35,026 bases of DNA from Fidelibacterota bacterium (lineage in GTDB: Bacteria > Fidelibacterota > UBA2242). The notes under the pieces are model-generated. The model ran no database searches and was not told where the DNA came from. It saw only the letters and a list, made by a program, of their open reading frames with translations. The stretch is taken from assembly GCA_043808945.1 (NCBI GenBank), contig JAZDEI010000292.1:1-35026 (forward strand), read 5' to 3'. Positions 8,134 through 17,430 of the stretch are shown here, piece after piece; positions within the stretch are counted from its first letter, which is position 1, and the number at the start of each line of letters is the position of its first letter. Made by a program: the position numbers and the translations under genes.

Positions 8134-10497
8134 TCAGCGTCGAACGACGGCGATTTTACCGGTGATGGTGTCGCCGTCCAAAGTATACGCCACAAAAATA
8201 TAGACTCCGCTACTGACCAATTTTCCCTTTTCGTTACGCCCGTCCCAGAAAGCCTGTTGACCGACAACTTCGCCGTCACTGGCTTTTAAATGCCGGACGA
8301 GAGTACCGTCCAGTAACATGATCTTAACTTCCGAATTCTGCAAGAGGCCATCGATCGTGACAGGATTATCAGCCGGAATAATGAACGGCGACGGAAATGC
8401 CAGCGGCTCTTTGTATTTCTTGCCATAATAGGCGAAAGGCGATTTGTAGACTGAAATGCCTTTGGTAGTGGCGATATATACCAATCCTTCCGGCGTATCA
8501 AAGGCGATATCCAAAATGTTGTTACTTAATATTTCTGAATTGTCTGTCGTAAAGCCCTCGACATCATTCAGCCAGATGCCATTATAAGTAAACACTTTTA
8601 CTCCCGCATTGATCGTCGAAATCCATTTATTGTTCATCCCGTCAACTTTAATACGGCACTCTTTGGCGAAGGAAATGTTCGACAACTGTGATGAATTGAT
8701 TTCCGAGAAGATATTTGTCGGGAAATTGTCCGAAACCGTAGCGCGCTGGATGCCGCCGGCAGTCATTATCCAGAGTTCATTTTCCAGGTCGAACGCCAGG
8801 GCAAAAACCGAATTACTGGCTAAACCATGGCTGGTCGTAACCCAGTACCATTTGTCATCGGATTTATCGAAAAGTGTATTGTTGTAATCCAGCACTGCGA
8901 TGCCGCCATTGGAGACCGGAGAATCGGTGTGAGGTTCGGAGCTAAACCAGACGCGCCCGGCCGGATCGAAGACAATCGACGTTACCAGATAGTTCAGATA
9001 ATGCCCTGATTCGGTGCCGCTGAAATGAGCCCAGCGATTATCGGGAGTCAGGACAGCGATGCAGCTGTCGTTCTGCGAAAATTGATTGGCGATCCAGATA
9101 TTTTTGTTATTATCCAACGTCATGTAACCAACCGCGAGATAATTATCACCTCCGCCATAGCCGGCTGAAGCGGTCAATTTGCCATCCGTCGTATCATAAA
9201 CAGTATAATTGTTCAAATCATCCGGATTGAATCTCAGCAGGCCGCCGCCCCGCAAACCGGCCAGAAATGACCCGAAAAGCGAAGCATAATATTCGTCCTC
9301 TCGCTTAAGCAAAGTATATATCCGATTCAGATCTGGTAAAGTATACGCAATTGTATCACTGACTAAATAATTCCAGTCGGCCTGAGCGTGATCGCTGATA
9401 TTTATAGTGTAGTAATCTTTAACGATATTGTACCAGCCGTTTTCAGTCTGGAAACTGATCCCGCGCGCGGACGCCGCGACCAATTTACCATCATCGCCAA
9501 CATATAGCGACGTGTTGACATTGTCCAGAATCGTATTCGGAATAAATAATTTCTCGGTTCCCTGATCAATTTTAAGTAATCCCTTGTAATTAGTACCTCC
9601 CCAGACAATTCCGTCGCCATCAATTAAAATCCGGTTGACCGCAGTCTGACTTAAAGTTTGCCAGGTGTTATCTACATAGCGGAAAATACCACTGGTTGTA
9701 ACGGCCATCAAATTACCGGATTGGTCGAGTATAATTTGTGCGATTGAACTGCCCGGGCCGCTGCCCAATTTGCTGGCAGTGCTTCCGTTAATCTGAAAAA
9801 TGTCAGCTCCGTACGAACAAATTACAGCGTTATTGTATTCAATAACACCGGTAACGTTATCCTGCCCCGTCATGTTGATCCTGATCCAGTTGCTGGAATC
9901 CTTCAGATTGGCTGCCGATAAATTTGCACAAAACAATCCGACATCGGTTGCGACCCATAAGGTATCCCGGATTACTTTCAGGTTGTTGATCCGGGAAAAT
10001 GTCATCGGGAAGTGTTCGTAGCGATCGCGGTAAGTATACTTATCATGATCGATTTTTAAATACGAAATACCTTGTTTGACATTAAACTGGTAAGCGACAA
10101 AGGCCAGATCCGAATCGAAAGTGATCGCTTCGATGGAAGTAAATTCATCACCAAACTGCTGGTCATTGAAGATCATCTCAATAGTATTTTTACTGGGATT
10201 CCAGACATTAATCACACCATTCGGAGCATTCATGCCCAGCCAGATACAACCCAAACTGTCCGGTGCGAGGCGTTGAATATCAGTATTTGAAAGCCCGTCA
10301 CGCGGACCGAATACATTGAAATGTCCGGAAGTCTTATCGAATTCGACCAGGCCGCCGGGACTGGCGGCATAAATTGTATTTCCAATCTGAGACAATTCGA
10401 GTAAAGTCAGAGCCGAAGTATAGCTGTCCCATTCGCCAACAATGCTTTGCGGTCGGAGAATGACCGGAATCATAAACAGTAAAAGCAAGCTCCGCAT
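8134..10497 (-). CDS. Secreted beta-propeller repeat protein (two-component-regulator-propeller type repeats) with a T9SS C-terminal sorting domain
   Basis: 787 aa with a signal peptide (MRSLLLLFMIPVILRPQS). It has recurring W-x-[GA]-T-x-x-G-type blades (IWLGMNAPNG, LWVATDVGLF, VWGGTNYKGL, IWIANQF, VWFSSEP, LWIMTAGGIQ, KWISTINAGV, VYIATTKGIS). The C-terminal roughly 80 aa look like a FlgD-Ig/Por_Secre_tail domain (VKIMLLDGTLVRHLKA...WDGRNEKGKLVSSGVYIFVAYT...GKIAVVRR). Confidence 0.75.
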   Translation of the reverse strand: MRSLLLLFMIPVILRPQSIVGEWDSYTSALTLLELSQIGNTIYAASPGGLVEFDKTSGHFNVFGPRDGLSNTDIQRLAPDSLGCIWLGMNAPNGVINVWNPSKNTIEMIFNDQQFGDEFTSIEAITFDSDLAFVAYQFNVKQGISYLKIDHDKYTYRDRYEHFPMTFSRINNLKVIRDTLWVATDVGLFCANLSAANLKDSSNWIRINMTGQDNVTGVIEYNNAVICSYGADIFQINGSTASKLGSGPGSSIAQIILDQSGNLMAVTTSGIFRYVDNTWQTLSQTAVNRILIDGDGIVWGGTNYKGLLKIDQGTEKLFIPNTILDNVNTSLYVGDDGKLVAASARGISFQTENGWYNIVKDYYTINISDHAQADWNYLVSDTIAYTLPDLNRIYTLLKREDEYYASLFGSFLAGLRGGGLLRFNPDDLNNYTVYDTTDGKLTASAGYGGGDNYLAVGYMTLDNNKNIWIANQFSQNDSCIAVLTPDNRWAHFSGTESGHYLNYLVTSIVFDPAGRVWFSSEPHTDSPVSNGGIAVLDYNNTLFDKSDDKWYWVTTSHGLASNSVFALAFDLENELWIMTAGGIQRATVSDNFPTNIFSEINSSQLSNISFAKECRIKVDGMNNKWISTINAGVKVFTYNGIWLNDVEGFTTDNSEILSNNILDIAFDTPEGLVYIATTKGISVYKSPFAYYGKKYKEPLAFPSPFIIPADNPVTIDGLLQNSEVKIMLLDGTLVRHLKASDGEVVGQQAFWDGRNEKGKLVSSGVYIFVAYTLDGDTITGKIAVVRR

Positions 10498-10500
10498 GAG

Positions 10501-10983
10501 TTACTTAGTACCCTGTAAACGGATCGAGCGGATCAAATTCGTCATTTCGATCATGTTCAACGCGGCATCCCAACCCTTATTACCGGCTTTTGTGCCGGCT
10601 CGTTCCAAGGCCTGTTCGATATTTTCAGTCGTCAGCACACCAAAAATCACCGGCACATCCGAATCAATGGATAACCGGGCAATTCCTTTGGAAGCTTCAT
10701 TGGCGACCATATCAAAATGCGGCGTTGCGCCGCGAATGACGGCCCCGAGACAAATTACACCATCGAATTGTCCGGAATTGGCGAGTTCGCGGGCGATCCG
10801 GGGAATTTCGAATGCGCCCGGCACCCAGTAAAGATGGATGTCGTTTTCATCCGCGCCGTGTCTTTTCAGGCAATCCAGCGCCCCGGAAAGCAATTCTTTT
10901 GTAATCATATCGTTGAAGCGGCTGGCAACGATCGCTACTTTCATTTTCTCGGCGGAAAGTACGCCTTCATGCAATTTAGTCAT
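10501..10983 (-). CDS. ribH: 6,7-dimethyl-8-ribityllumazine synthase
   Basis: 160 aa: [30 protein letters not shown]...VPGAFEIP...[18 protein letters not shown]. It overlaps the ribBA stop by 8 nt. Confidence 0.95.
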   Translation of the reverse strand: MTKLHEGVLSAEKMKVAIVASRFNDMITKELLSGALDCLKRHGADENDIHLYWVPGAFEIPRIARELANSGQFDGVICLGAVIRGATPHFDMVANEASKGIARLSIDSDVPVIFGVLTTENIEQALERAGTKAGNKGWDAALNMIEMTNLIRSIRLQGTK

Positions 10984-12196
10984 TTGACACCTGTTTATTT
11001 TTTAAGATTAAATGTCCCATTTTATCGCGCTTGGTCTTGAGATATTTTTCATTTTTCGGATTGGGCGGAATCTCGATCGAAATCCGCTCGACAATCTCAA
11101 GATTGAATCCCTGAAGTCCAATGATCTTTTTCGGATTGTTGGTCAACAGGCGCATTTTACGCACTCCCAGATCGGATAGAATCTGGGCGCCCATGCCGTA
11201 ATCGCGCAGGTCAGCTAAAAAGCCCAGCTTGATGTTGGCTTCGACGGTATCCATACCTTCATCCTGCAATTTATAAGCGGAGATTTTATGCCGTAGTCCG
11301 ATCCCGCGTCCCTCCTGTCGCAAATATAATACGACCCCGCGACCGGCCTTGGCGACGATTTCGAGGGCTTTATGAAGCTGGTCGCCGCAATCGCATCGCA
11401 GGGAACCGAAAACATCGCCGGTCAGGCATTCCGAATGAACACGCACCATTACCGGATCGTGTGTGCGGACATCACCCATGACCATTGCGACATGCTCCTT
11501 TTCGGTCAATTTATCGATATAAACGACAATCCTGAAAACACCGAATTGCGTCGGCAGATCGGCTTCACTCACCCGTTCGATGTAACGCTCGGTCTTGCGG
11601 CGATACTCGATCAGATCCTGTACGGTAATTATCTTGACGCCGTGCGCTTGTGCAATTTGTTCCAGAGTCTCACCGCGCGCCATTTCCCCGTTTTCATCCA
11701 TAATTTCACACATGACGCTGACCGGAGTCAATCCCGCCATTCGGGCCAGATCGACCGAGGCTTCTGTATGACCGGCGCGCCGCAAAACGCCGCCCGATCG
11801 GGCAACGATGGGAAAAATATGTCCCGGCCGGCCGAAGTCTTCCGGTTTCGTGCGTGGATCGGCCAATGCGTTAATCGTTACTGCCCGGTCGTAAGCTGAA
11901 ATACCCGTCGTGGTACCTTGCTTCAAGTCCACGCTGACCGTAAAGCGGGTATTGTGCAGAGCAGTGTTTTCCTGCACCATCAATTTCAGATCGAGCTCTT
12001 TAGCCCGCTCCTCGTTAAGTCCGGCACACAGCAGACCGCGGGCATATTTCGCCATGAAATTGACGGAAACCGGCGTGACTTTCTCGGCCGCCATGATAAA
12101 ATCGCCCTCGTTTTCGCGATTCTCGTCATCGACGACGATCACGAAACGACCGTTTTTTATTTCGTCGATAGCGGCTTTTATCGAATCAAATCTCAT
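10976..12196 (-). CDS. ribBA: Bifunctional 3,4-dihydroxy-2-butanone-4-phosphate synthase / GTP cyclohydrolase II
   Basis: 406 aa. The DHBP synthase half reads [22 protein letters not shown]...[15 protein letters not shown]. The GCH-II half reads [23 protein letters not shown]...[11 protein letters not shown]. Confidence 0.95.
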   Translation of the reverse strand: MRFDSIKAAIDEIKNGRFVIVVDDENRENEGDFIMAAEKVTPVSVNFMAKYARGLLCAGLNEERAKELDLKLMVQENTALHNTRFTVSVDLKQGTTTGISAYDRAVTINALADPRTKPEDFGRPGHIFPIVARSGGVLRRAGHTEASVDLARMAGLTPVSVMCEIMDENGEMARGETLEQIAQAHGVKIITVQDLIEYRRKTERYIERVSEADLPTQFGVFRIVVYIDKLTEKEHVAMVMGDVRTHDPVMVRVHSECLTGDVFGSLRCDCGDQLHKALEIVAKAGRGVVLYLRQEGRGIGLRHKISAYKLQDEGMDTVEANIKLGFLADLRDYGMGAQILSDLGVRKMRLLTNNPKKIIGLQGFNLEIVERISIEIPPNPKNEKYLKTKRDKMGHLILKNKQVSND

Positions 12197-12223
12197 TCAA
12201 TCATCTCACTTTCCGTAGAATTG

Positions 12224-12865
12224 CTATTGGCTGAATCCCCAGTGTTTTACTCTTTCGAAGGTTAAAGGTTCTTTGGGCGGCCGGCCGACCATATTTTCGA
12301 TGTATTTGGCAAGAATATCAACTTCAAGATTGACGTAATCACCGACTTTTTTCAGACCAAGATTAGTTCCGGACAGCGTCGCCGGGATCAATGCCACCTG
12401 CACTTCATTATTTTCGATTTCGGCGACTGTCAGACTAATGCCGTTAATGGTCAGCGAGCCTTTTACCACAATATAATTTTGAATCGAATCGGGAACCGCG
12501 ATACGCAGAGTTCCGGCGGAGCCTTCGTGTTTCAGCGCAACGATCGGCGCCATCGCGTCCACATGTCCCTGCACAAAATGGCCGCCGAAACGACCATCGG
12601 CCGCCATAGCCCGTTCGAGATTGACACGGTCGTCGCGTCGTAAAATAGCCAGGGTTGTGCGGGAAAGAGTTTCGCTAACCGCTTGCGCTTCGAAAAAGTC
12701 TGTTCCGAACGTTTCGGCCGTCAGACAAACGCCATCGACGGCGATACTGTCGCCTTCCTGCAAATCGCTTAAAATTCTTTTAGCGGCGATCCTGAAGCGG
12801 CGGCCTTCGGCGTTATCGGTAATACCGCGAATTTCACCGATCTCTTCGATAATTCCGGTAAACAT
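12224..12865 (-). CDS. ribE: Riboflavin synthase (alpha chain)
   Basis: The canonical N-terminus MFTGIIEEIGEI begins at the ATG 12865-12863. That ATG overlaps the ribD stop by one nt (TGATG). The track ORF (to 12922) adds 19 residues that lie inside ribD. Confidence 0.9.
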   Translation of the reverse strand: MFTGIIEEIGEIRGITDNAEGRRFRIAAKRILSDLQEGDSIAVDGVCLTAETFGTDFFEAQAVSETLSRTTLAILRRDDRVNLERAMAADGRFGGHFVQGHVDAMAPIVALKHEGSAGTLRIAVPDSIQNYIVVKGSLTINGISLTVAEIENNEVQVALIPATLSGTNLGLKKVGDYVNLEVDILAKYIENMVGRPPKEPLTFERVKHWGFSQ

Positions 12866-13950
12866 CAGGTCAATTTCCCCTGTAAGAGTACGTCGGCGCC
12901 CAATTGCTCGACCCGTTCCCATTCTACCGTGACGGCTTGGTCAAGCGATTTCATCAAACCGGACAGCGCCCGTAATCCTTCGCCCAGAATTTTTGGTGCG
13001 ACGAAAATCTGTAATTCATCGACCAATCGCTGAGCGATCAGCGAGCCGGCGAGTTGACTGCCGCCTTCGCAGTAAATTGAAGTAATTCCGAATTCAGCCA
13101 ATTTCCCGAGTGCGTCCGGTAATGCCAGCCAGCCGAATTCATCTTTTGGACTATTGATTATTTTTATATTGCCGGCCTGATACTGACGAATTTTTTCCGT
13201 CTTATCGTTACAATCCGTGACAATCACCGTCCGATGGCGGAATTCATCTGTCACTAACTGCATTCGCGGCGGCATATTCAGGGCTTCATCCAGCACGACC
13301 CGGTAGGGAATAAAACCGGAACGATCTTCCGGTAAAAGCGCCGGATCGTCTTTATAAATCGTGCCCATTCCAACCATCACGGCGTCATGCCTGAGGCGTT
13401 GATCCAAAACGAACCGGCGGGCTTCATTTCCCGTAATCCAGCGACTCTTTCCGGTGGCATCAGCGATAAATCCATCGATAGTCAGGGCTAATTTCAGTGT
13501 GATCCAGGGCCGCTTCTTTTCCATAAAAGTAAAGAATCCGCGATTGACCCGACGGGCTTCGTCTTCCAGAACTCCCACCTGAACTTTCAGCCCGGCGTCT
13601 TCCAGGATTTTAACGCCAGCCCCGCTAACACGCGGATTCGGATCGATTGTGCCGATGTAAACTTCGCGGATTCCAGCTTTGATGATGGCATCCACGCAAG
13701 GCGGCGTCTTGCCGTAGTAACAGCACGGTTCCAGGTTGACATAAAGAGCGGCGTTCCGGGCGGCTTCTCCGGCCTGCGCCAGCGCCATGACTTCGGCGTG
13801 AGGAGCACCGAAATGGACATGAAACCCCTCACCGACGACTATTCCGTCATCCACGATTAAAGCACCCACGACCGGATTAGGACTCGTAAAACCGCGCCCT
13901 TTTTCCGCCAGTTCCAGAGTTCGTTTCAGCCATTTTTCCGTTTGATTCAT
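12865..13950 (-). CDS. ribD: Bifunctional diaminohydroxyphosphoribosylaminopyrimidine deaminase / 5-amino-6-(5-phosphoribosylamino)uracil reductase
   Basis: The deaminase motif is HAEVMAL...PCCYYGKTPPC, and a reductase half follows. I place the start at ATG 13950 (MNQTEKWLKRTLELAEKGRGFTSPNPVVGALIV). The spacing to the PNP motif then matches E. coli and B. subtilis RibD N-termini. The track start at 13983 lies inside the riboswitch P1/terminator region. Confidence 0.9.
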   Translation of the reverse strand: MNQTEKWLKRTLELAEKGRGFTSPNPVVGALIVDDGIVVGEGFHVHFGAPHAEVMALAQAGEAARNAALYVNLEPCCYYGKTPPCVDAIIKAGIREVYIGTIDPNPRVSGAGVKILEDAGLKVQVGVLEDEARRVNRGFFTFMEKKRPWITLKLALTIDGFIADATGKSRWITGNEARRFVLDQRLRHDAVMVGMGTIYKDDPALLPEDRSGFIPYRVVLDEALNMPPRMQLVTDEFRHRTVIVTDCNDKTEKIRQYQAGNIKIINSPKDEFGWLALPDALGKLAEFGITSIYCEGGSQLAGSLIAQRLVDELQIFVAPKILGEGLRALSGLMKSLDQAVTVEWERVEQLGADVLLQGKLT

Positions 13951-13974
13951 AAAAAAAACCCGATTGCGCTCGGG
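13951..13974 (-). terminator. Intrinsic terminator acting as the expression platform of the FMN riboswitch
   Basis: The minus strand reads CCCGAGCGCAATCGGG followed by TTTTTTTT. This is a 5-bp GC-rich stem and a 6-nt loop, with a U8 tract that abuts the ribD ATG. Confidence 0.6.
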
Positions 13975-13979
13975 ATTAT

Positions 13980-14100
13980 TCATCTTCTTCCATCCGGACT
14001 TTTACCGTCGGTGTCTGGGTTTCACAGACTCGGCCCCGCTTTCAGCAGGACTCGCGGACTTTGACCGCCGGTCAGGATTTTCACCCTGCCCCGAAGACGC
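13980..14100 (-). promoter_or_regulatory. FMN riboswitch (RFN element) upstream of ribD
   Basis: The minus strand reads GCGTCTTCGGGGCAGGGTGAAAATCCTGACCGGCGGTCAAAGTCCGCGAGTCC...GTGAAACCCAGACACCGACGGTAAAAGTCCGGATGGAAGAAGA. This matches the conserved RFN core blocks (TCTTCGGGGCAGGGTGAAATTCC.GACCGGCGGT...AGCCCGCGAGC...CCGACAGT.AAAGTCTGGATGG.AGAAGA). It includes the P1 pairing TCTTC/GAAGA. Confidence 0.92.
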
Positions 14101-14106
14101 GAACGT

Positions 14107-14135
14107 AATTTATAATGCAATCAGCGTAGTTGCAA
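14107..14135 (-). promoter_or_regulatory. Putative sigma70-type promoter of the rib operon
   Basis: On the minus strand TTGCAA (14135-14130) is followed by a -10-like element. That element is either TATAAA (14114-14109, 15-nt spacer) or TAAATT (14112-14107, 17-nt spacer). It sits just upstream of the riboswitch. Sequence pattern only. Confidence 0.3.
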
Positions 14136-14158
14136 GACCCGGATATATGCCGGTCAAT

Positions 14159-15397
14159 TTATGCCAGCAAATCGACTGTCAACAGACAAGTCATAAGCGC
14201 AAAGTCGATCAGCTGTTTGATCTCGACATATTCGTTGGCAACATGAAAGGCGTTATCGTCACCCGGACCCCAGCCGACCGCCGCGATGCCGTTCAGGCAA
14301 AGCGTTTTCGCGTACGTGCCGCCGCCCTGCCCGATCGCATGCGGTTCGAGATTGAGGTATTCTTTCGCGTTGGCCTTGATCATCGCAACCAGTTCGACAT
14401 CCGGACTAATGGAATGCGGCTGATTTGTCGAAACCACATCAACCTTGAATTTTCCGTCCGGAACCCTGGCGATGCAATCCTGTAATTGTCCCAGCAGAAT
14501 TTTTTCCGTCTGGCCAGGAACAGAGCGAATATCGATATAAATATAGCAGGTACCCGGAACGATATTGGAAGCCACGCCGCCGTGAATTTCTCCCAGATTG
14601 AGCGTCGGATGACCAAGCACCGGATGCACCTGGTAATTGAACTTTAATTTTTCGAGTTCGTTGACGAGTTTCGCCATCATGAAAACAGCGTTGACACCCT
14701 TTTCCGGGGTGGAACCGTGCGCCTGTTTGCCGATCGCAGTGATTTTGATAACCGTCCGACCTTTCTCGGCGACATCGATTTCCAGCATGTTGCCGCCAAT
14801 GTCCGGCACGACTGCCATAGTCGGGTCGATCAGGTGCTCATCAACTAAATAGCCGATTCCATAATTGATACCGTCCGGATCTTCGGCTTCTTCGTCCGAC
14901 AATGCGGCCACCATCAATTCACCCTTTAATTGCTGATCGATGCCGAGTTTCTTGAGAACCTGCGCCGCGATCAGGATCGAAACCAGCGGGCCTTTATTAT
15001 CGAGAGTACCGCGACCAAACAGTTTACCGTCTTTCTCGATTACATTGAACGGATCGGTATCCCAGCCTTCACCGGCGGGGACGATGTCCATGTGAGCCGG
15101 CATCAGCAGACGTTGACCGCTCTTATTCTGGCCAAGTCGGGAGATGACATTCGGGCGTCCCTCCATCCGGGCAAAAATCTCGTAGGCGATGCTAGCCTGT
15201 TTCAGCTCGCGGGTAACAATTTCGGCGACACGATACTCTTCGCCGCGCATTTTTAAAAACGGAAATTCCGGTAATTTTTCCGAAACGACGTTTATAGTTT
15301 TCTGCCTTACCATTTCGCTGACTAAAGCAACGATCCTGGCGCGGATTTCAGACTGATTGAATTCAAAATAGTCCTGTAATTGCGCTTTAAGATTCAT
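14159..15397 (-). CDS. M20 family metallopeptidase (ArgE/DapE/acylase-type deacylase)
   Basis: Motifs are LLMPAHMDIVPAGEGWDTDPF...GRGTLDNKGPLVS and SDEEAED. I place the start at ATG 15397 (MNLKAQLQ...), which has AGGAGG 4 nt upstream. The track start at 15463 adds 22 residues and has no RBS. Confidence 0.85.
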   Translation of the reverse strand: MNLKAQLQDYFEFNQSEIRARIVALVSEMVRQKTINVVSEKLPEFPFLKMRGEEYRVAEIVTRELKQASIAYEIFARMEGRPNVISRLGQNKSGQRLLMPAHMDIVPAGEGWDTDPFNVIEKDGKLFGRGTLDNKGPLVSILIAAQVLKKLGIDQQLKGELMVAALSDEEAEDPDGINYGIGYLVDEHLIDPTMAVVPDIGGNMLEIDVAEKGRTVIKITAIGKQAHGSTPEKGVNAVFMMAKLVNELEKLKFNYQVHPVLGHPTLNLGEIHGGVASNIVPGTCYIYIDIRSVPGQTEKILLGQLQDCIARVPDGKFKVDVVSTNQPHSISPDVELVAMIKANAKEYLNLEPHAIGQGGGTYAKTLCLNGIAAVGWGPGDDNAFHVANEYVEIKQLIDFALMTCLLTVDLLA

Positions 15398-15510
15398 TTG
15401 ACCTCCTGATTTTAACATATTCAATTTGATGGAGAACTTAAAAGATTTACCGGTATAAATCAATGGTTCTTCACCTCGTTTACTGGCTGTCTCGATTAAA
15501 AAATAAATAC

Positions 15511-15540
15511 TTGAAACTGAAACCGAAGATTATTTATATT
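15511..15540 (+). promoter_or_regulatory. Putative sigma70-type promoter of the permease gene
   Basis: TTGAAA (15511-15516), then a 17-18 nt spacer, then TTATAT/TATATT (15534-15540). Sequence pattern only. Confidence 0.4.
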
Positions 15541-15575
15541 GCATTAGAATGAGAGTCGAAAAAGGAAGGCATTCG

Positions 15576-17408
15576 GTGAAATTGAAAAAAGAACTCAGAT
15601 TACTGGATGTATTTTGTATCGCCAGCGGCTCGATGATCAGTTCCGGCCTGTTCATTTTGCCTGGCCTGGCGCAAGCCCTGAGCGGCCCTTCGGTTTTCAT
15701 TGCATATTTAATTGCCGGACTCTTAGCCGCAACGGGAATGCTCAGTCAGGCCGAACTGGTTTCAGCCATGCCGAAAGCCGGCGGCACTTATTTTCACTCG
15801 ACGCGCAGTATGGGTCCATTGGTCGGAACCGTTGACGGTATTCTGACCTGGGTTTCATTATCGCTTAAAAGCGCCTTCGCACTGGTCGGGATGGCAGTCC
15901 TGGCCAGATTGTTTATCAATTTTAATATTCATTTTCTGTCGATAATGCTGTGTCTGGTCTTCATCGGATTGAATCTGGTTGGATTAAAAGAGGCCAGCCG
16001 ATTCCAGATATTTCTCGTGTTGACCCTGTTCGCTATCCTGGTTTTGTATATATTTAACGGTATCCCGGCGGTGGATGTGCGGCGCTTCCACCCTTTTACG
16101 CCACACGGAATTTCCAGTCTCTTCGGTACAGCCGGTTTCGTTTTCATTTCCTACGGTGGTTTGCTGAAAATTTCCAGTATCGCCGAAGAGGTTCAAGATT
16201 CGGGAAAGATACTCCCGCGGGCCATGATTCTTTCCCTGCTGACAGTGACCGCATTATATATGCTGGTAGTCATGGTCACGACCGGAATCTTACCAGCTGA
16301 ACGGGTGGAAGGCTCATTATTTCCGCTAATTGACGGAGCCGGAGAAATTCTCGGCCTGCCGGGAACAATTATCATGGGCATCGGAGCGACGCTGGCCTTC
16401 ATTGCCACGGCAAACGCCGGTATCATGTCGGCCTCCCGCTTCCCGCTGGCTTTGAGCCGGGACGGCCTGGTCCCGTCGGTGCTCGGTCACATCAATCAGC
16501 GGTTCGGCACGCCGCATATATCCGTCATCACTACCGGCCTGTTCATGATTCTGGCCTTATTTCTGAAAATCGATCTGCTGGTCAAGGTTACTTCTACAAT
16601 ATTAATTATTACCTACGTCCTGAGTTGCTTATCGATAATCCTGCTGCGCGAAAGCCGTTTACAGAATTACCAGCCAATTTTCAAGGCTCCCTTCTATCCA
16701 GTTATGCAAATCATCGGTTTGTTGGGATTTGGATATTTGATTTACAGCATGGGTCGGCCGGCACTGCTTTCCAGTCTGGCATTTATCCTTTTTGGAGTGG
16801 CTGTTTACTGGTTTTACGGACGAAACGCCGTAAAAGGCGAATATGCACTGCTCCACCTGATCGAACGTCTGACCAGCATGGATCTGACTAAAAACTTACT
16901 GGAGAGCGAACTCAAGGAAATAATCCGCGAACGGGATGATATTATCCAGGACCGTTTCGATAGTATAATCGAAGATTGCCAGGTTATTGATTATAACGCC
17001 AGCCTAACAACCATCGAACTATTTCAAAATGTCGCGGATAAGATCGCGGTCAGTTTGAACCTGGATGCTGACGAATTGACCCGACAATTGCTGGAACGTG
17101 AATCGGAAAGCAGTACGGCCATCACACCGCATCTTGCCATTCCGCACCTAATTATAGACGGTAAAGAAACATTTGACATTCTGCTTGTCCGCAATCGACA
17201 AGGCATTTATTTTTCTGAAAATTCACCGGCCGTGGAAGCCGTACTTTTCCTCTTCGGGTCCAAAGACGAGCGTAATTTTCACCTGAAAGCCCTGTCATCA
17301 ATTGCCCAGATTATACAGGAATCCGGATTTCTCGAAAAATGGCGGAACGCCAAAAACGCACAATCTTTACGTGATATCTTTCTGCTCGGTAAACGCATCC
17401 GGCAGTGA
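15576..17408 (+). CDS. APC-superfamily amino acid permease fused to a C-terminal PTS EIIA type-2 (PtsN/fructose-mannitol type) domain
   Basis: The N-terminal roughly 430 aa have 12-TM permease features (LLDVFCIASGSMISSGLFILPG, multiple hydrophobic helices). The C-terminal roughly 150 aa carry an EIIA-2 signature, with the phospho-acceptor-type His in ESSTAITPHLAIPHL (His codon 17145-17147). My preferred start is GTG 15576, which has AAGGAAGG 6 nt upstream. The track ATG at 15549 sits only 8-9 nt after the predicted -10 box. Confidence 0.8.
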   Translation: MKLKKELRLLDVFCIASGSMISSGLFILPGLAQALSGPSVFIAYLIAGLLAATGMLSQAELVSAMPKAGGTYFHSTRSMGPLVGTVDGILTWVSLSLKSAFALVGMAVLARLFINFNIHFLSIMLCLVFIGLNLVGLKEASRFQIFLVLTLFAILVLYIFNGIPAVDVRRFHPFTPHGISSLFGTAGFVFISYGGLLKISSIAEEVQDSGKILPRAMILSLLTVTALYMLVVMVTTGILPAERVEGSLFPLIDGAGEILGLPGTIIMGIGATLAFIATANAGIMSASRFPLALSRDGLVPSVLGHINQRFGTPHISVITTGLFMILALFLKIDLLVKVTSTILIITYVLSCLSIILLRESRLQNYQPIFKAPFYPVMQIIGLLGFGYLIYSMGRPALLSSLAFILFGVAVYWFYGRNAVKGEYALLHLIERLTSMDLTKNLLESELKEIIRERDDIIQDRFDSIIEDCQVIDYNASLTTIELFQNVADKIAVSLNLDADELTRQLLERESESSTAITPHLAIPHLIIDGKETFDILLVRNRQGIYFSENSPAVEAVLFLFGSKDERNFHLKALSSIAQIIQESGFLEKWRNAKNAQSLRDIFLLGKRIRQ

Positions 17409-17430
17409 TTGATCGACTAATTTATTATAA

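Noticed and set aside
13951-13983. ribD start at ATG 13983, as in the ORF track
   Set aside because: The 11 extra codons span the riboswitch P1 3' strand and the terminator hairpin/U8 tract. The RibD homologues I know begin close to the position of ATG 13950. I keep it only as an alternative, described in the riboswitch finding.
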